From Clostridia bacterium (GTDB lineage: Bacteria > Bacillota > Clostridia > Christensenellales > Aristaeellaceae), in the NCBI GenBank assembly GCA_017471885.1, contig JAFURI010000010.1, positions 10,419 through 74,418 of the forward strand: 64,000 bases of DNA, read 5' to 3'. The notes beneath the pieces are model-generated. The model made no database searches. It was not told the DNA's origin and was given only the letters and a program-made list of their open reading frames with translations. Numbering within the stretch: the first letter of the stretch is position 1; each line of letters opens with the position of its first letter. Made by a program: the position numbers and the translations under genes. This document shows positions 29,996 through 39,815 of the stretch, piece after piece.

Positions 29996-30248
29996 GGCTT
30001 GATTACGCTCGAAAAGCGGAAGAGATCCTTTTGAAAAGACAATGAAGCCTGGCTGCGCTTTTCCAGCGTCGGATGCATCCGCAAATATTCTGATTAGCCG
30101 CTGAAAGATGCGATACCGGGACGTCGAAATCCTCTCCCTTGTGAAAGAAAGCAGGAAACTGCTGTTTCTGCGGAGAAATAATGCATAAAAATCCCCCAAA
30201 TAAATCAGCTGGACAACAGCACAGTACATAACAAGGAGGACAACTACC

Positions 30249-31937
30249 ATGACTGTACAGGAAAAGTATGCTCTGTGGCTTGAAAAGGCCGTTGCGGATC
30301 CCGACGTAGCTGCGGAGCTGAAGGCAATTTCAGGCGACGATGCAAAGATTGAGGACGCTTTTTACCGCGATCTTGCCTTTGGTACCGGCGGTCTGCGCGG
30401 CGTGATCGGCGCGGGCACCAACCGTATGAACGTGTATACCGTGGCCAAGGCGTCTCAGGGCCTGGCGGATTATGTGGTGAAGCATTTCCCTGAAGAAGAG
30501 CGTTCCATTGCCGTGAGCTATGACAGCCGCATTAAGTCCGACCTTTTTGCCAGGGTTGCGTCCGACGTGTTTGTTGCAAACGGCATTAAGGTGCATCTCT
30601 ATCCCCAGCTGATGCCCACTCCCTGCCTGTCCTTTGCTGTGCGTCATCTGCACTGCGCAGCGGGCATCATGGTCACCGCATCCCACAATCCCTCCAAGTA
30701 TAACGGCTACAAGGTGTACGGCGCTGACGGCTGCCAAATTACCACCGAAGCGGCAGAAATCATCCTGAACGAGATCCAGAAGCTGGATCTGTTCAACGAC
30801 GTCAAGCGCTGCAGCTTCGATGAAGCGCTGGCAAGCGGCAAGATCAGCATGATCGGCGAGGACGTATATTCTGCCTTTGTGGAGGCTGTGAAGGGGCAGT
30901 CCATGCTGGACGACAAGACGCCTGTCAACAAGGACGTGGCGATCGTATATTCCCCGCTGAACGGTACCGGCCTCAAGCCTGTGCTGCGTACGCTGAAGGA
31001 GACCGGCTATACCAACATCACCGTGGTTAAGGAGCAGGAGCTGCCTGACGGCAATTTCCCCACCTGTCCGTATCCGAACCCTGAAATCCAGGAAGCCATG
31101 GCGCTGGGTATGGATTACGCCAAGCGCTGCAATGCGGATCTGCTGCTGGCGACCGATCCCGACTGTGACCGCGTGGGTATTGCCGTCAAGGACAAGAACG
31201 GTGAATACGTGCTGCTGACCGGCAATGAGACCGGCATGCTGCTGCTGGATTATATCTGCGCCCGCCGCACGGCGATGGGCAGGATGCCTGAGGATCCCAT
31301 GATGGTCAAGACCATCGTGACGATCGACATGGCAGAGCGTATTGCCGCCCACTATGGCGTACGGACGGTAAATGTTCTGACCGGCTTCAAATTCATCGGC
31401 GAGCAGATCGGCATGCTGGAGAAGAAGGGTGCGGAGGATTCCTACATTTTCGGCTTCGAGGAGAGCTATGGTTACCTCAGCGGCTCTTACGTCCGCGATA
31501 AGGATGCTGTGGACGGTGCATTCTTGATCTGCGAGATGTTCGCCTATTATGCCACGCAGGGCGTCAGCCTGCTGGATAAGCTGGCTGAGCTGTATGCAGT
31601 CTATGGCTATACCCTCAATACGCTGCATTCCTATGAATTCGAAGGTTCCTCCGGCTTTGAGAAAATGCAGGGCATCATGAGGTCTTTCCGCGAAGGCGTG
31701 GAGGAATTCGGCGGCCTTAAGGTGGAAAAGTGTCTGGATTACGATCTTGGTTTGGACGGTCTGCCAAAGTCCGACGTGCTGAAGTATCTGCTGGAGGACA
31801 ATTGCTCCGTGGTCGTGCGTCCTTCCGGTACTGAGCCTAAGCTGAAGGCATATATCTCCGTCTGCGCTCCCAGTCTTGAGGAAGCACGCAAGGTGGAGGA
31901 GAAGATCACTGCCAGTCTGGCTGGATATTTTGCATAA
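30249..31937 (+). CDS. pgm: phosphoglucomutase/phosphomannomutase (alpha-D-phosphohexomutase family)
   Basis: Phosphoserine loop TASHNPSKYNGYKVY and metal loop ATDPDCDR. AAGGAGG RBS. Confidence 0.9.
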   Translation: MTVQEKYALWLEKAVADPDVAAELKAISGDDAKIEDAFYRDLAFGTGGLRGVIGAGTNRMNVYTVAKASQGLADYVVKHFPEEERSIAVSYDSRIKSDLFARVASDVFVANGIKVHLYPQLMPTPCLSFAVRHLHCAAGIMVTASHNPSKYNGYKVYGADGCQITTEAAEIILNEIQKLDLFNDVKRCSFDEALASGKISMIGEDVYSAFVEAVKGQSMLDDKTPVNKDVAIVYSPLNGTGLKPVLRTLKETGYTNITVVKEQELPDGNFPTCPYPNPEIQEAMALGMDYAKRCNADLLLATDPDCDRVGIAVKDKNGEYVLLTGNETGMLLLDYICARRTAMGRMPEDPMMVKTIVTIDMAERIAAHYGVRTVNVLTGFKFIGEQIGMLEKKGAEDSYIFGFEESYGYLSGSYVRDKDAVDGAFLICEMFAYYATQGVSLLDKLAELYAVYGYTLNTLHSYEFEGSSGFEKMQGIMRSFREGVEEFGGLKVEKCLDYDLGLDGLPKSDVLKYLLEDNCSVVVRPSGTEPKLKAYISVCAPSLEEARKVEEKITASLAGYFA

Positions 31938-31956
31938 CACAGGGAGGATAAGTCCG

Positions 31957-33042
31957 ATGAACAGGGATAACTGGCGTCCCTTGGATTATGGCAAAGCCGC
32001 ATGTGATACCATCATGCGCAAGTTTGCTGCGGAGGATCTGCCGCCCAAGCCGCGGTTTCACTATCATGCGGGCGTGTTCCTGTCCGGGATGATTAAGACC
32101 TATCAGCTTTGCAAGGAAGAGAAATACTACCAGTATGTGAAGGATTACGTGGACTTCTATGTGGACAGGGAGGGTGAGGTGCATCACTCGTGCTTCCACA
32201 TGGACGACATGCAGGCCGGCGTACTGATGTATGATCTCTACAAGCGCACCGGCGAGGAGCATTACAGGAAGGCTCTGACCAGACTGGTGAATATCACAAT
32301 GGAGCAGAAGCGTACGCCTGAAGGCGGTTTCTGGCATAAATTCGATACCGACAACCAGATGTGGCTCGACAGCCTGTACATGGGCGGCCCCATTGTGGCG
32401 CAGTACGGACAGATGTTTGATCGCCCGCTGTGCTTTGAGGTGTGCGCTTTCCAGGCACAGCTGATGGAAAATGTATGCAAGGATGACGAAACAGGCCTTC
32501 TGTATCATGCTTATGACTACAACCGCACCATGCCCTGGGCTGATCCTGTGACGGGTCATTCTCCTGAATTCTGGGGCCGCGCCATGGGCTGGGTGCCCGT
32601 CGCCATTCTGGAAGAGCTGGATTACATCCCCGAGACCTACTATCATCGTGATGACATGATCCGGATTGCAACGGATCTGCTTAAGGCGCTGACGCCTTAT
32701 CAGGATGAAGAGACGGGCCTGTGGTATCAGGTGGTCAATAAGGGCTATGATCCCCGCAACTGGCTTGAGACCTCCTGCAGCTGCCTGTATGTAGGGGCCA
32801 TGTTCAAGGCGATCCGCAAGGGTTTCCTGTCCAGGAGTTACCTGCGCTTCGCAAAGAAGGGCTATGAAGGTATCATCAAGCGTCTGAAGTGGGACGAGAA
32901 GGGGATTGTTGTGGACGGCGTGTGCATCGGTACCGGCGTGGGCAATTACGAACATTATCTGAATCGTCCCACCTGCGCCAATGATCTGCATGGCATGGGA
33001 GCTTTTATCCTGATGTGTCAGGAAGCTGAACAGGTTCTGTAA
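31957..33042 (+). CDS. GH105-type unsaturated rhamnogalacturonyl hydrolase (YteR/YesR-like), no signal peptide
   Basis: GGGAGGA RBS before ATG 31957. (alpha/alpha)6-type sequence with ...WHKFDTDNQMWLDSLYMGGP... as in YteR-like enzymes. Confidence 0.72.
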   Translation: MNRDNWRPLDYGKAACDTIMRKFAAEDLPPKPRFHYHAGVFLSGMIKTYQLCKEEKYYQYVKDYVDFYVDREGEVHHSCFHMDDMQAGVLMYDLYKRTGEEHYRKALTRLVNITMEQKRTPEGGFWHKFDTDNQMWLDSLYMGGPIVAQYGQMFDRPLCFEVCAFQAQLMENVCKDDETGLLYHAYDYNRTMPWADPVTGHSPEFWGRAMGWVPVAILEELDYIPETYYHRDDMIRIATDLLKALTPYQDEETGLWYQVVNKGYDPRNWLETSCSCLYVGAMFKAIRKGFLSRSYLRFAKKGYEGIIKRLKWDEKGIVVDGVCIGTGVGNYEHYLNRPTCANDLHGMGAFILMCQEAEQVL

Positions 33043-33052
33043 CTAAATCAAG

Positions 33053-33082
33053 GCCGACGGAGCTTTTTCCGTCGGCTTTTTA
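33053..33082 (+). terminator. rho-independent terminator
   Basis: GCCGACGGA / TCCGTCGGC stem followed by TTTTTAT. Confidence 0.75.
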
Positions 33083-33097
33083 TGCATTGGAGGAGAT

Positions 33098-35506
33098 ATG
33101 ATGGACAGAAGATGGCAATTTATCCGCTTCGGCACGTCCAGCGCGGATGATCTGAATACGATTGCCCCCGGTTCTGATGTCGAGGGCTGCGTGACCCTGA
33201 ATACCTGCACGTTTGACGTAAACGGCGACGTAATCCGCAAGGGTGGGAAATTCGTGGCGGATGCGCCTGCGGACGGCATGAGTTTTTACTATACGGTGAT
33301 TGATCCGCGACGGGAGAATTTCTATCTGCAGGCTGACGTGCGGGTGGATTATATCAACACGGCGCCGGACGGCCAGGAGGGCTTTGCCCTGATGGTGCGC
33401 GACAGTATCGGCGGCTCCGGCAGCTACTTTTCCAACCTTACGGCTGCAGGCTGCTCCACGCATTATTTCGGCGATACGCAGATCAAAACGACGGTCGGTA
33501 CACGCCGTTTTACGGGCGTGGTGGACAATGAAGCGTCCCATCTGAACCGTTACAAGCCCTTCCGGGAAGCATTTGATCCGGAGAATCCCCGTCGTGTCAA
33601 AGCCGGTGATATGTACCGCATGTCGCTGGAAAAGACCAGCTTTGGCTATATCACGACCCAGTATGAAATTCTCCCTGACGGCACAACGGGGCGGGTGATC
33701 GGAACACATGTGCAGTATATTCCGGCGAAGGATGCTTCCTCTGTCAGCGTCATGGATTATGACGAACTGGATGATCCCATGTGCGTACAGGAGCCTGATA
33801 AGGCGTATGTAGCGCTGGTGTGTGCCCGAGGCCTGAATGCGACTTTCAGCAGGATCCGGTTTGAAGTATCTCCGTGGAAGGCGGAGGAGTGGAAGCCGCA
33901 GCCTGCGGAATACATGGATGCAGCCTGCAGGATTACGTCTCCGGACTGCGTGCCGCAGGATCAGTACACGCTCACCTTTGTGACCAATGCGGACGGAAAA
34001 GCGACGGTGCATCTTGGCGGGACGGTAGTCAGCAGCGGGCTGCCAGTTGAAGCAGGGCGGCCGTGCAGTACGGTGCTGACGGTCGGGGAGAGTGCAGCGG
34101 CGAAGGTTGTGTTCGAAGCGGATCCGCAGGGCAAGCTGCCTCCCTTCACGATTCTTCGTTCCGAAGAGCCTGTGGAAGCCTCGCTGATGCTTCGCAGGCG
34201 AAATGTGGGTGCTGGCGGAGTTGTGTGGACTGCTCCGGAGGGAATGCCGGAGAATGACGGCAGCGAGCAGTATCCGGTGGACGTGCAGACTGCGCTGGAG
34301 TTTGCCGCGCCGGGTCAGATGATTCGCCTGAAGCCGGAAACGTATGACCTGGCAGGAAGAACGCTGTATATCCGCCGCGGAGTCAATGGCCGGGAGGATT
34401 CGCCCATTGTGCTGACGTGTCTGGATGGCTTCGCAACGCTGGATTTCGGCCGTACAGGCGGCGGGTTTGAGGCCTGGGGCGACTGGTGGCAGATGAGCCG
34501 CATCAACGTGAAGGGAACGCGTCACGGATCTGTCGGTATGAAGCTTGCCGGGTGGCACAACAGGCTTGAACGCATGAACTTCTTCAATAACGGCAACACA
34601 GGTCTGCATGTGGGCGGTCGTCCTGATGAAACCATTGACCGCTGGCCCAGTCATAACAGAATTATCAACTGTACGTCCATGAACAATGCAGACGATGGCT
34701 ATGAGGATGCAGATGGCTTTGCAGCCAAGGTTACCAATGGCGTGGATAATGTGTTTGAAGGCTGCCTGTCTGCTTACAATGCAGACGATGGATGGGATAT
34801 GTTTGCCAAGGCCGGAACAGGCAGCATCGGCGCGGTAACCATGATTGGCTGCGTGACCATGCGCAACGGTTACATCATGGGTAAGGCGGAATCGACCAAG
34901 GCAAAGGTTGTTCATGCGGATATCGATGTGGACGAAAATGGCAATCTGTCTTTTGCCGATTGGGGCGGTAAGGACTGTATCCGGACGGTGGCCGGTAACG
35001 GCAACGGCTTCAAAATGGGCGGCACCAATCTTCCGGGTGCGCATAAGCTGATCAACAGTATCTCCTATGAGAATCTGGCGAGGGGTATTGAATCCAACTC
35101 CGGCACCGACATACAGGTGGCCATGTCCACATCCTTCAACAACGGCGAAGAGAATGTGGCATTCTTCACAGAGAATCGCTGCGCCGTGACGGATTACCAT
35201 GCAAGCGGCATATTGTCCTTCCGCACGGACGGCGGATGCGGAGATCGGCTGCGGCCACAGGGACAAAAAACGGACCTCAGAGGGCCGTACAACTGCTATT
35301 GGGATCCGGAAACCGCTACAGCTCATAACAAGGCAGAGAAGGAGACAACGGTGGGCGAAGATTGGTTCATCAGCCTTGATACTTCTGTTCTTCCCTCCAG
35401 AAGACCGGACGGAAGCCTCGATATGCACGGACTGCTCCTGCTGACGGAAGAGGCAAGGAGCTTCGGCTTCGGCGTAAGCGGTAAGGTATGGGGACAGCGT
35501 ATGTGA
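33098..35506 (+). CDS. 802-aa cytoplasmic right-handed beta-helix protein (PL9-like polysaccharide lyase C-terminal half; uncharacterised N-terminal half)
   Basis: The C-terminal half has beta-helix repeats with NNADDGYEDADGFAAK, AYNADDGWDMF and GNGNGFKMGG motifs, reminiscent of PL9/DUF1565 pectate lyases. The N-terminal ~400 aa look like jelly-roll plus Ig-like modules. No signal peptide. Confidence 0.55.
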   Translation: MMDRRWQFIRFGTSSADDLNTIAPGSDVEGCVTLNTCTFDVNGDVIRKGGKFVADAPADGMSFYYTVIDPRRENFYLQADVRVDYINTAPDGQEGFALMVRDSIGGSGSYFSNLTAAGCSTHYFGDTQIKTTVGTRRFTGVVDNEASHLNRYKPFREAFDPENPRRVKAGDMYRMSLEKTSFGYITTQYEILPDGTTGRVIGTHVQYIPAKDASSVSVMDYDELDDPMCVQEPDKAYVALVCARGLNATFSRIRFEVSPWKAEEWKPQPAEYMDAACRITSPDCVPQDQYTLTFVTNADGKATVHLGGTVVSSGLPVEAGRPCSTVLTVGESAAAKVVFEADPQGKLPPFTILRSEEPVEASLMLRRRNVGAGGVVWTAPEGMPENDGSEQYPVDVQTALEFAAPGQMIRLKPETYDLAGRTLYIRRGVNGREDSPIVLTCLDGFATLDFGRTGGGFEAWGDWWQMSRINVKGTRHGSVGMKLAGWHNRLERMNFFNNGNTGLHVGGRPDETIDRWPSHNRIINCTSMNNADDGYEDADGFAAKVTNGVDNVFEGCLSAYNADDGWDMFAKAGTGSIGAVTMIGCVTMRNGYIMGKAESTKAKVVHADIDVDENGNLSFADWGGKDCIRTVAGNGNGFKMGGTNLPGAHKLINSISYENLARGIESNSGTDIQVAMSTSFNNGEENVAFFTENRCAVTDYHASGILSFRTDGGCGDRLRPQGQKTDLRGPYNCYWDPETATAHNKAEKETTVGEDWFISLDTSVLPSRRPDGSLDMHGLLLLTEEARSFGFGVSGKVWGQRM

Positions 35507-35566
35507 GTCCGTATGGAAAATGAGCAGACAAAGCAGGAATCAGGCCCTTGAAAAGGCAAAAAAAAC

Positions 35567-35595
35567 TTGCTAAATAGCGGAATATCCTGTATACT
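35567..35595 (+). promoter_or_regulatory. candidate sigma-A promoter for the asp23-yloV-recG unit
   Basis: TTGCTA (35567-35572), 17 nt, TATACT (35590-35595). Confidence 0.45.
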
Positions 35596-35689
35596 AATGA
35601 TAACCCTGACCGGAAGGGTATCTTTGGCATGGCATTGCCTGCCGGAGTCTGCCTTGGGCATGATCCGGGACAAGGAGGTAGGTTTCACC

Positions 35690-36040
35690 ATGGAATGCAA
35701 GATCAAGAATGACTATGGCACCATCTTCATCACTGAAGATGTCATGCTGAAGGTCGTCGGTTACGCTGCGCTCGAATGCTATGGCATTGTCGCCATGTCT
35801 TCCAAGCGGGCCAAGGATGGTCTGGTGGAATGGCTTGGCCGTGAGAATCTGTCCAAGGGCGTACAGATCCGTACCGTCGGCGATATGTTGGACGTGGATC
35901 TGTTCATCATCGTGGAATACGGCATTTCCATTGCCGAGGTTTGCCGCGGCATCGTGGATACTGTGCGCTATAAGCTGGAGAGCATGACCGGCGTGACTGT
36001 GCGCAACGTGAACATTTCGGTGGAAGGCATCCGCATCTGA
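35690..36040 (+). CDS. Asp23/Gls24-family envelope stress protein (YloU-like)
   Basis: AAGGAGG RBS before ATG 35690. GTIFITEDVMLKVVGYAALECYGIV... is a typical Asp23 family sequence. Confidence 0.9.
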   Translation: MECKIKNDYGTIFITEDVMLKVVGYAALECYGIVAMSSKRAKDGLVEWLGRENLSKGVQIRTVGDMLDVDLFIIVEYGISIAEVCRGIVDTVRYKLESMTGVTVRNVNISVEGIRI

Positions 36041-36079
36041 TGCGCCGTGCACCGTCACATTTGAACGGAGGTTTGACCT

Positions 36080-37753
36080 TTGATACAGTTTAAGACGATT
36101 GACGGCCTGTTGCTTCGCGATATGGTCGTTGCGGGCGCTGCTTTGCTGGAGAAGAACCGCGAAGCCGTGGATGCCCTGAACGTTTTCCCTGTGCCGGATG
36201 GCGATACCGGCACCAACATGTCTCTGACCATGCAGAGCGCTACCCGCGAACTGAACAGCAAGGAATTCCTGCGTGCCGACGAGGCTGCCAACGCCCTGTC
36301 CAAGGGCGCTCTGCGCGGTGCGCGCGGCAACTCCGGCGTGATCACTTCCCAGCTGTTCCGTGGCTTTGCCAAGGCGCTGGCCGGCGTGGAGAAGATCACC
36401 CCCGTCCAGTTTGCCCAGGCGCTGCAGCGCGGCGCTGAGATGGCCTACAAGGCCGTCATGAAGCCCAAGGAGGGCACCATTCTGACTGTGGCCCGCGTCA
36501 TTGCAGAGGACGCCATGAAGCAGGTCCAGAAGGATCCTGATGATTACGATGCGCTGATGTCCGTCATCCTCAAGAGCGGCGAAGCCATCCTGCAGCGTAC
36601 GCCTGACATGCTGCCGCCTCTGAAGCAGGCTGGCGTGGTTGACTCCGGTGGACGCGGTCTGCTGCTGATCTACACCGGCTATGCCGCTGTGCTGCGCGGT
36701 GAAGACATCAACATGGCTGACGACGGCATGAGCAACAACTGCGTCGAAGACCATGATGACTGGCACGATCTGTCCGGCGAAATCAAGAACGCTTATTGCG
36801 TGGAGTTCTCCATTGTGAACTTCAACAGCGATTGCGACGAGCATGACGTGGATTCCTTCCGCCGTCGTCTCAACCGCATCGGCGTTCATGTGCAGGTGAC
36901 CGGCGATCTCACCCAGAGCAAGGTGCACGTCCACACCAACAACCCCGGCAGTGCGCTGGAGTATGGTCTGGAGCTGGGCGAGTTGATGGACGTGAAGATT
37001 GATAATCTGCTGGCCAAGAAGCGTGAACTGGAGAAGGCGAATGCTCCCGAGGTTCCTGAAGAACCCGAGGAGGAAGCTGCTCCTGCCGAGCCCGAAAAGG
37101 AATTCGGCATGGTTGCCGTGTCTCTGGGCGAAGGCTTCAGCAATATCTTCCGTGATCTGACGGTGGATTGCATCGTGGAGGGTGGTCAGACCATGAACCC
37201 CTCTACTGACGATATTCTTACCGCCATCAACTCTGTCAATGCCAGGTGCGTGTTTGTGTTCCCCAATAACGGCAACGTGGTGATGGCTGCGCAGCAGGCT
37301 GCCAGCCTCTCTGACAAGGAAGTGCGCGTCATTCCCACCAAGAACGTGGCTATGGGTATTGCTGCGGCTGTGGCTTTCCAGCCCGACGCTTCCATTGACG
37401 AGAACGCGGCCCGCATGGAGGAAGCTGCCCAGCATGTGCGTACCGGTACGGTTACCTATGCAGTGCGCGACAGCGAGTTCAACGGCGTGCATATCAAGGA
37501 AGGCGATATCATTGGTCTGCACAATGGCCAGATCGCTCATTCCGGCAACGACGTGCATGACGTTGTTATGGAGATGATGAAGGCGATCATCACCGATGAT
37601 GATGAGCTGATTACCGTCTACTACGGCGCTGACGTGTCCGAAGAGGATGCTCAGGCCCTGACCGATGAGATTCAGTCCGTGTACGACAATTGCGACTGTG
37701 AGTGCCTCAAGGGCGGTCAGCCGCTGTACTATTATCTGATCTCTGTGGAGTAA
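36080..37753 (+). CDS. yloV: DAK2-domain protein YloV
   Basis: TTG start 8 nt after GGAGG. NVFPVPDGDTGTNM Dak2 motif. Conserved position between asp23 and recG. Confidence 0.9.
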   Translation: MIQFKTIDGLLLRDMVVAGAALLEKNREAVDALNVFPVPDGDTGTNMSLTMQSATRELNSKEFLRADEAANALSKGALRGARGNSGVITSQLFRGFAKALAGVEKITPVQFAQALQRGAEMAYKAVMKPKEGTILTVARVIAEDAMKQVQKDPDDYDALMSVILKSGEAILQRTPDMLPPLKQAGVVDSGGRGLLLIYTGYAAVLRGEDINMADDGMSNNCVEDHDDWHDLSGEIKNAYCVEFSIVNFNSDCDEHDVDSFRRRLNRIGVHVQVTGDLTQSKVHVHTNNPGSALEYGLELGELMDVKIDNLLAKKRELEKANAPEVPEEPEEEAAPAEPEKEFGMVAVSLGEGFSNIFRDLTVDCIVEGGQTMNPSTDDILTAINSVNARCVFVFPNNGNVVMAAQQAASLSDKEVRVIPTKNVAMGIAAAVAFQPDASIDENAARMEEAAQHVRTGTVTYAVRDSEFNGVHIKEGDIIGLHNGQIAHSGNDVHDVVMEMMKAIITDDDELITVYYGADVSEEDAQALTDEIQSVYDNCDCECLKGGQPLYYYLISVE

Positions 37754-37755
37754 GT

Positions 37756-39762
37756 ATGGAGCTTTCCGGTATCAGGGGCGTAGGCCCTTCCCGGCTTGAA
37801 TCCCTTCGCGCAGTGGGCATATGCTCATTGCGCGATTTGTTATACTGTCTTCCGGTTCGTTATGAGGATCGCACAAAAATCACCCCCTGCAAGGATGCGC
37901 AGGCAGGCGAAGTCATGGTGATGGGGATTATTCAGGATCCGCCGAAGTTGTCCCGTTTCAACGGCATTACCCGTGTGACGGCGTCTATCAGGGATGAAAG
38001 CGGACGGCTGTCGCTGGCGTGGTATAATCAGCCATGGGTTTGTCAGCAGCTGCCGGTAGGCAAGAGTGTGATGCTTTTCGGCCACGTTACAGTAAAGAAT
38101 GGACGGCGTGTGCTTCAGAACAGCGTACAGGTTCATGAGCCGTCTATCCAGCCGGTGTACAAGGCAGTCAAGGGTATTCCTGCAAAAACCTTCAGGGACA
38201 TGATGACAACCGCGCTCACTCAGGTGGATGACTGCTGTCCTGAAACGCTGCCCCAGGCCCTGCGGATTCGTCATGGTTTGTGTGAATTGAACTACGCCAT
38301 CCGTCAGGCCCATTTCCCGGATCACCTGGAGGCGCTAAAAATGGCAAGACATCGGCTTGCCTTCGAGCAGATGCTGATGTATCAGGCCGCACTCGGCCTG
38401 ATGCGAAACCAACGTGAAGATGGCTTTGCTATGGAGCTTGCGGATTCGGCGACGGATGAATTCTGGCAAAGGATGCCGTTTGCGCCTACCGCTGCGCAAA
38501 AACGCGTGCTGGAAGAGATAGCCGGTGATTTACGCAAGAGCCGTGCCATGAGCCGCCTCGTACAGGGAGACGTGGGATGCGGCAAGACTGCGCTGGCTTT
38601 CGGCGCCATTGCCATGGCATGCGGCGCTGGATATCAGGCGGCAATGATGGCGCCTACCGAAATTCTTGCCCGTCAGCATTATGAATCGGCAAAGGCCTTG
38701 CTGGAACCCATGGGCATTTCCTGCGGACTGATGATCGGTTCCATGAAGGCACGGGAAAAGAGGGAAGCTCATCAGCATGCGGCTGACGGCAGATGGCAGG
38801 CGGTTTTCGGTACCCATGCGCTGATCAGCGATGGGGTGACCTATCAGAAGCTGGGGCTTGTGGTCACGGATGAGCAGCATCGATTCGGCGTCCGGCAGCG
38901 GTCTGTGCTTCAGGAGAAGGGGCAGGACGATGGTCGATCGCCGCATGTGCTGGTCATGTCCGCTACACCTATTCCTCGTACGCTTGCGCTGATTCTCTAT
39001 GGAGATTTGGATATTTCCGTGGTGGACGAGCTTCCGCCGGGCCGTACTCCGGTGCGTACGCGTATAGTGCCTGAAGAAAAGCGCAGCGCGATGTATGGCT
39101 TTCTGCGCGATCAGATAGTGCAGGGGCGTCAGGCGTATGTGGTGTGTCCTCTGGTGGATGAGAGCGAGATGGTGGAGAACGTACGCTCGGCACGGGAAAC
39201 CTATGACAGACTCCGTCAGGGTGAATTGCGCGGACTGAACGTGGGACTGACGTGGGGTGCGCAGCCTCCGGATGAAAAGGCTGCTGTGCTGGCGGCTTTC
39301 AAATCTGGGCATATGAACGTGCTTGTATCCACCACGGTCATTGAGGTGGGTGTGAATGTACCCAATGCCAGCGTCATGATCATTGAGAATGCGGAACGCT
39401 TCGGTCTGTCCCAGCTTCATCAGCTGAGAGGACGCGTGGGCCGCGGCGCTGCGGAGAGCTGGTGCTTTCTGTTGGCTGAAGAAAACGAACGGCTGCGGAT
39501 ACTCACCGGTACCAATGACGGCTTTCTTGTTGCGCAAAAGGATCTTGAGCTGCGAGGCCCGGGTGATCTGATGGGTACCCGACAATCGGGGGAGATGCTT
39601 GCCGGGTTCCTTATGGACGGCGACGTACGTCTTCTTGATGAAGCGAGCCGCTGCATGAAGCAGCTGCGTGCGGATCCTGCGCTTGCCGTAGAGAGGCAAA
39701 TGGTTGAAGCTGAAGCCATGAGAAGCTATGCAGACAAGATTCAGCGTATAGCCTTGAACTAA
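37756..39762 (+). CDS. recG: ATP-dependent DNA helicase RecG
   Basis: Wedge domain, then helicase motifs GDVGCGKT, TDEQHRFG, MSATPIPRT, QLHQLRGRVGRG. Confidence 0.93.
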   Translation: MELSGIRGVGPSRLESLRAVGICSLRDLLYCLPVRYEDRTKITPCKDAQAGEVMVMGIIQDPPKLSRFNGITRVTASIRDESGRLSLAWYNQPWVCQQLPVGKSVMLFGHVTVKNGRRVLQNSVQVHEPSIQPVYKAVKGIPAKTFRDMMTTALTQVDDCCPETLPQALRIRHGLCELNYAIRQAHFPDHLEALKMARHRLAFEQMLMYQAALGLMRNQREDGFAMELADSATDEFWQRMPFAPTAAQKRVLEEIAGDLRKSRAMSRLVQGDVGCGKTALAFGAIAMACGAGYQAAMMAPTEILARQHYESAKALLEPMGISCGLMIGSMKAREKREAHQHAADGRWQAVFGTHALISDGVTYQKLGLVVTDEQHRFGVRQRSVLQEKGQDDGRSPHVLVMSATPIPRTLALILYGDLDISVVDELPPGRTPVRTRIVPEEKRSAMYGFLRDQIVQGRQAYVVCPLVDESEMVENVRSARETYDRLRQGELRGLNVGLTWGAQPPDEKAAVLAAFKSGHMNVLVSTTVIEVGVNVPNASVMIIENAERFGLSQLHQLRGRVGRGAAESWCFLLAEENERLRILTGTNDGFLVAQKDLELRGPGDLMGTRQSGEMLAGFLMDGDVRLLDEASRCMKQLRADPALAVERQMVEAEAMRSYADKIQRIALN

Positions 39763-39815
39763 ATGGTTTCATGCGGTATGATAATAGAGAACGAGGAATA
39801 AAGGAGCGGTGCTGC

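Noticed and set aside
29996-30248. ~250-bp non-coding spacer between the atp terminator and pgm, examined for a riboswitch or sRNA
   Set aside because: It contains only short hairpins and a 12-nt palindrome (CGGATGCATCCG). I could recognise no known riboswitch core, clear promoter or terminator pair. Nothing supportable without a covariance-model scan or RNA-seq.
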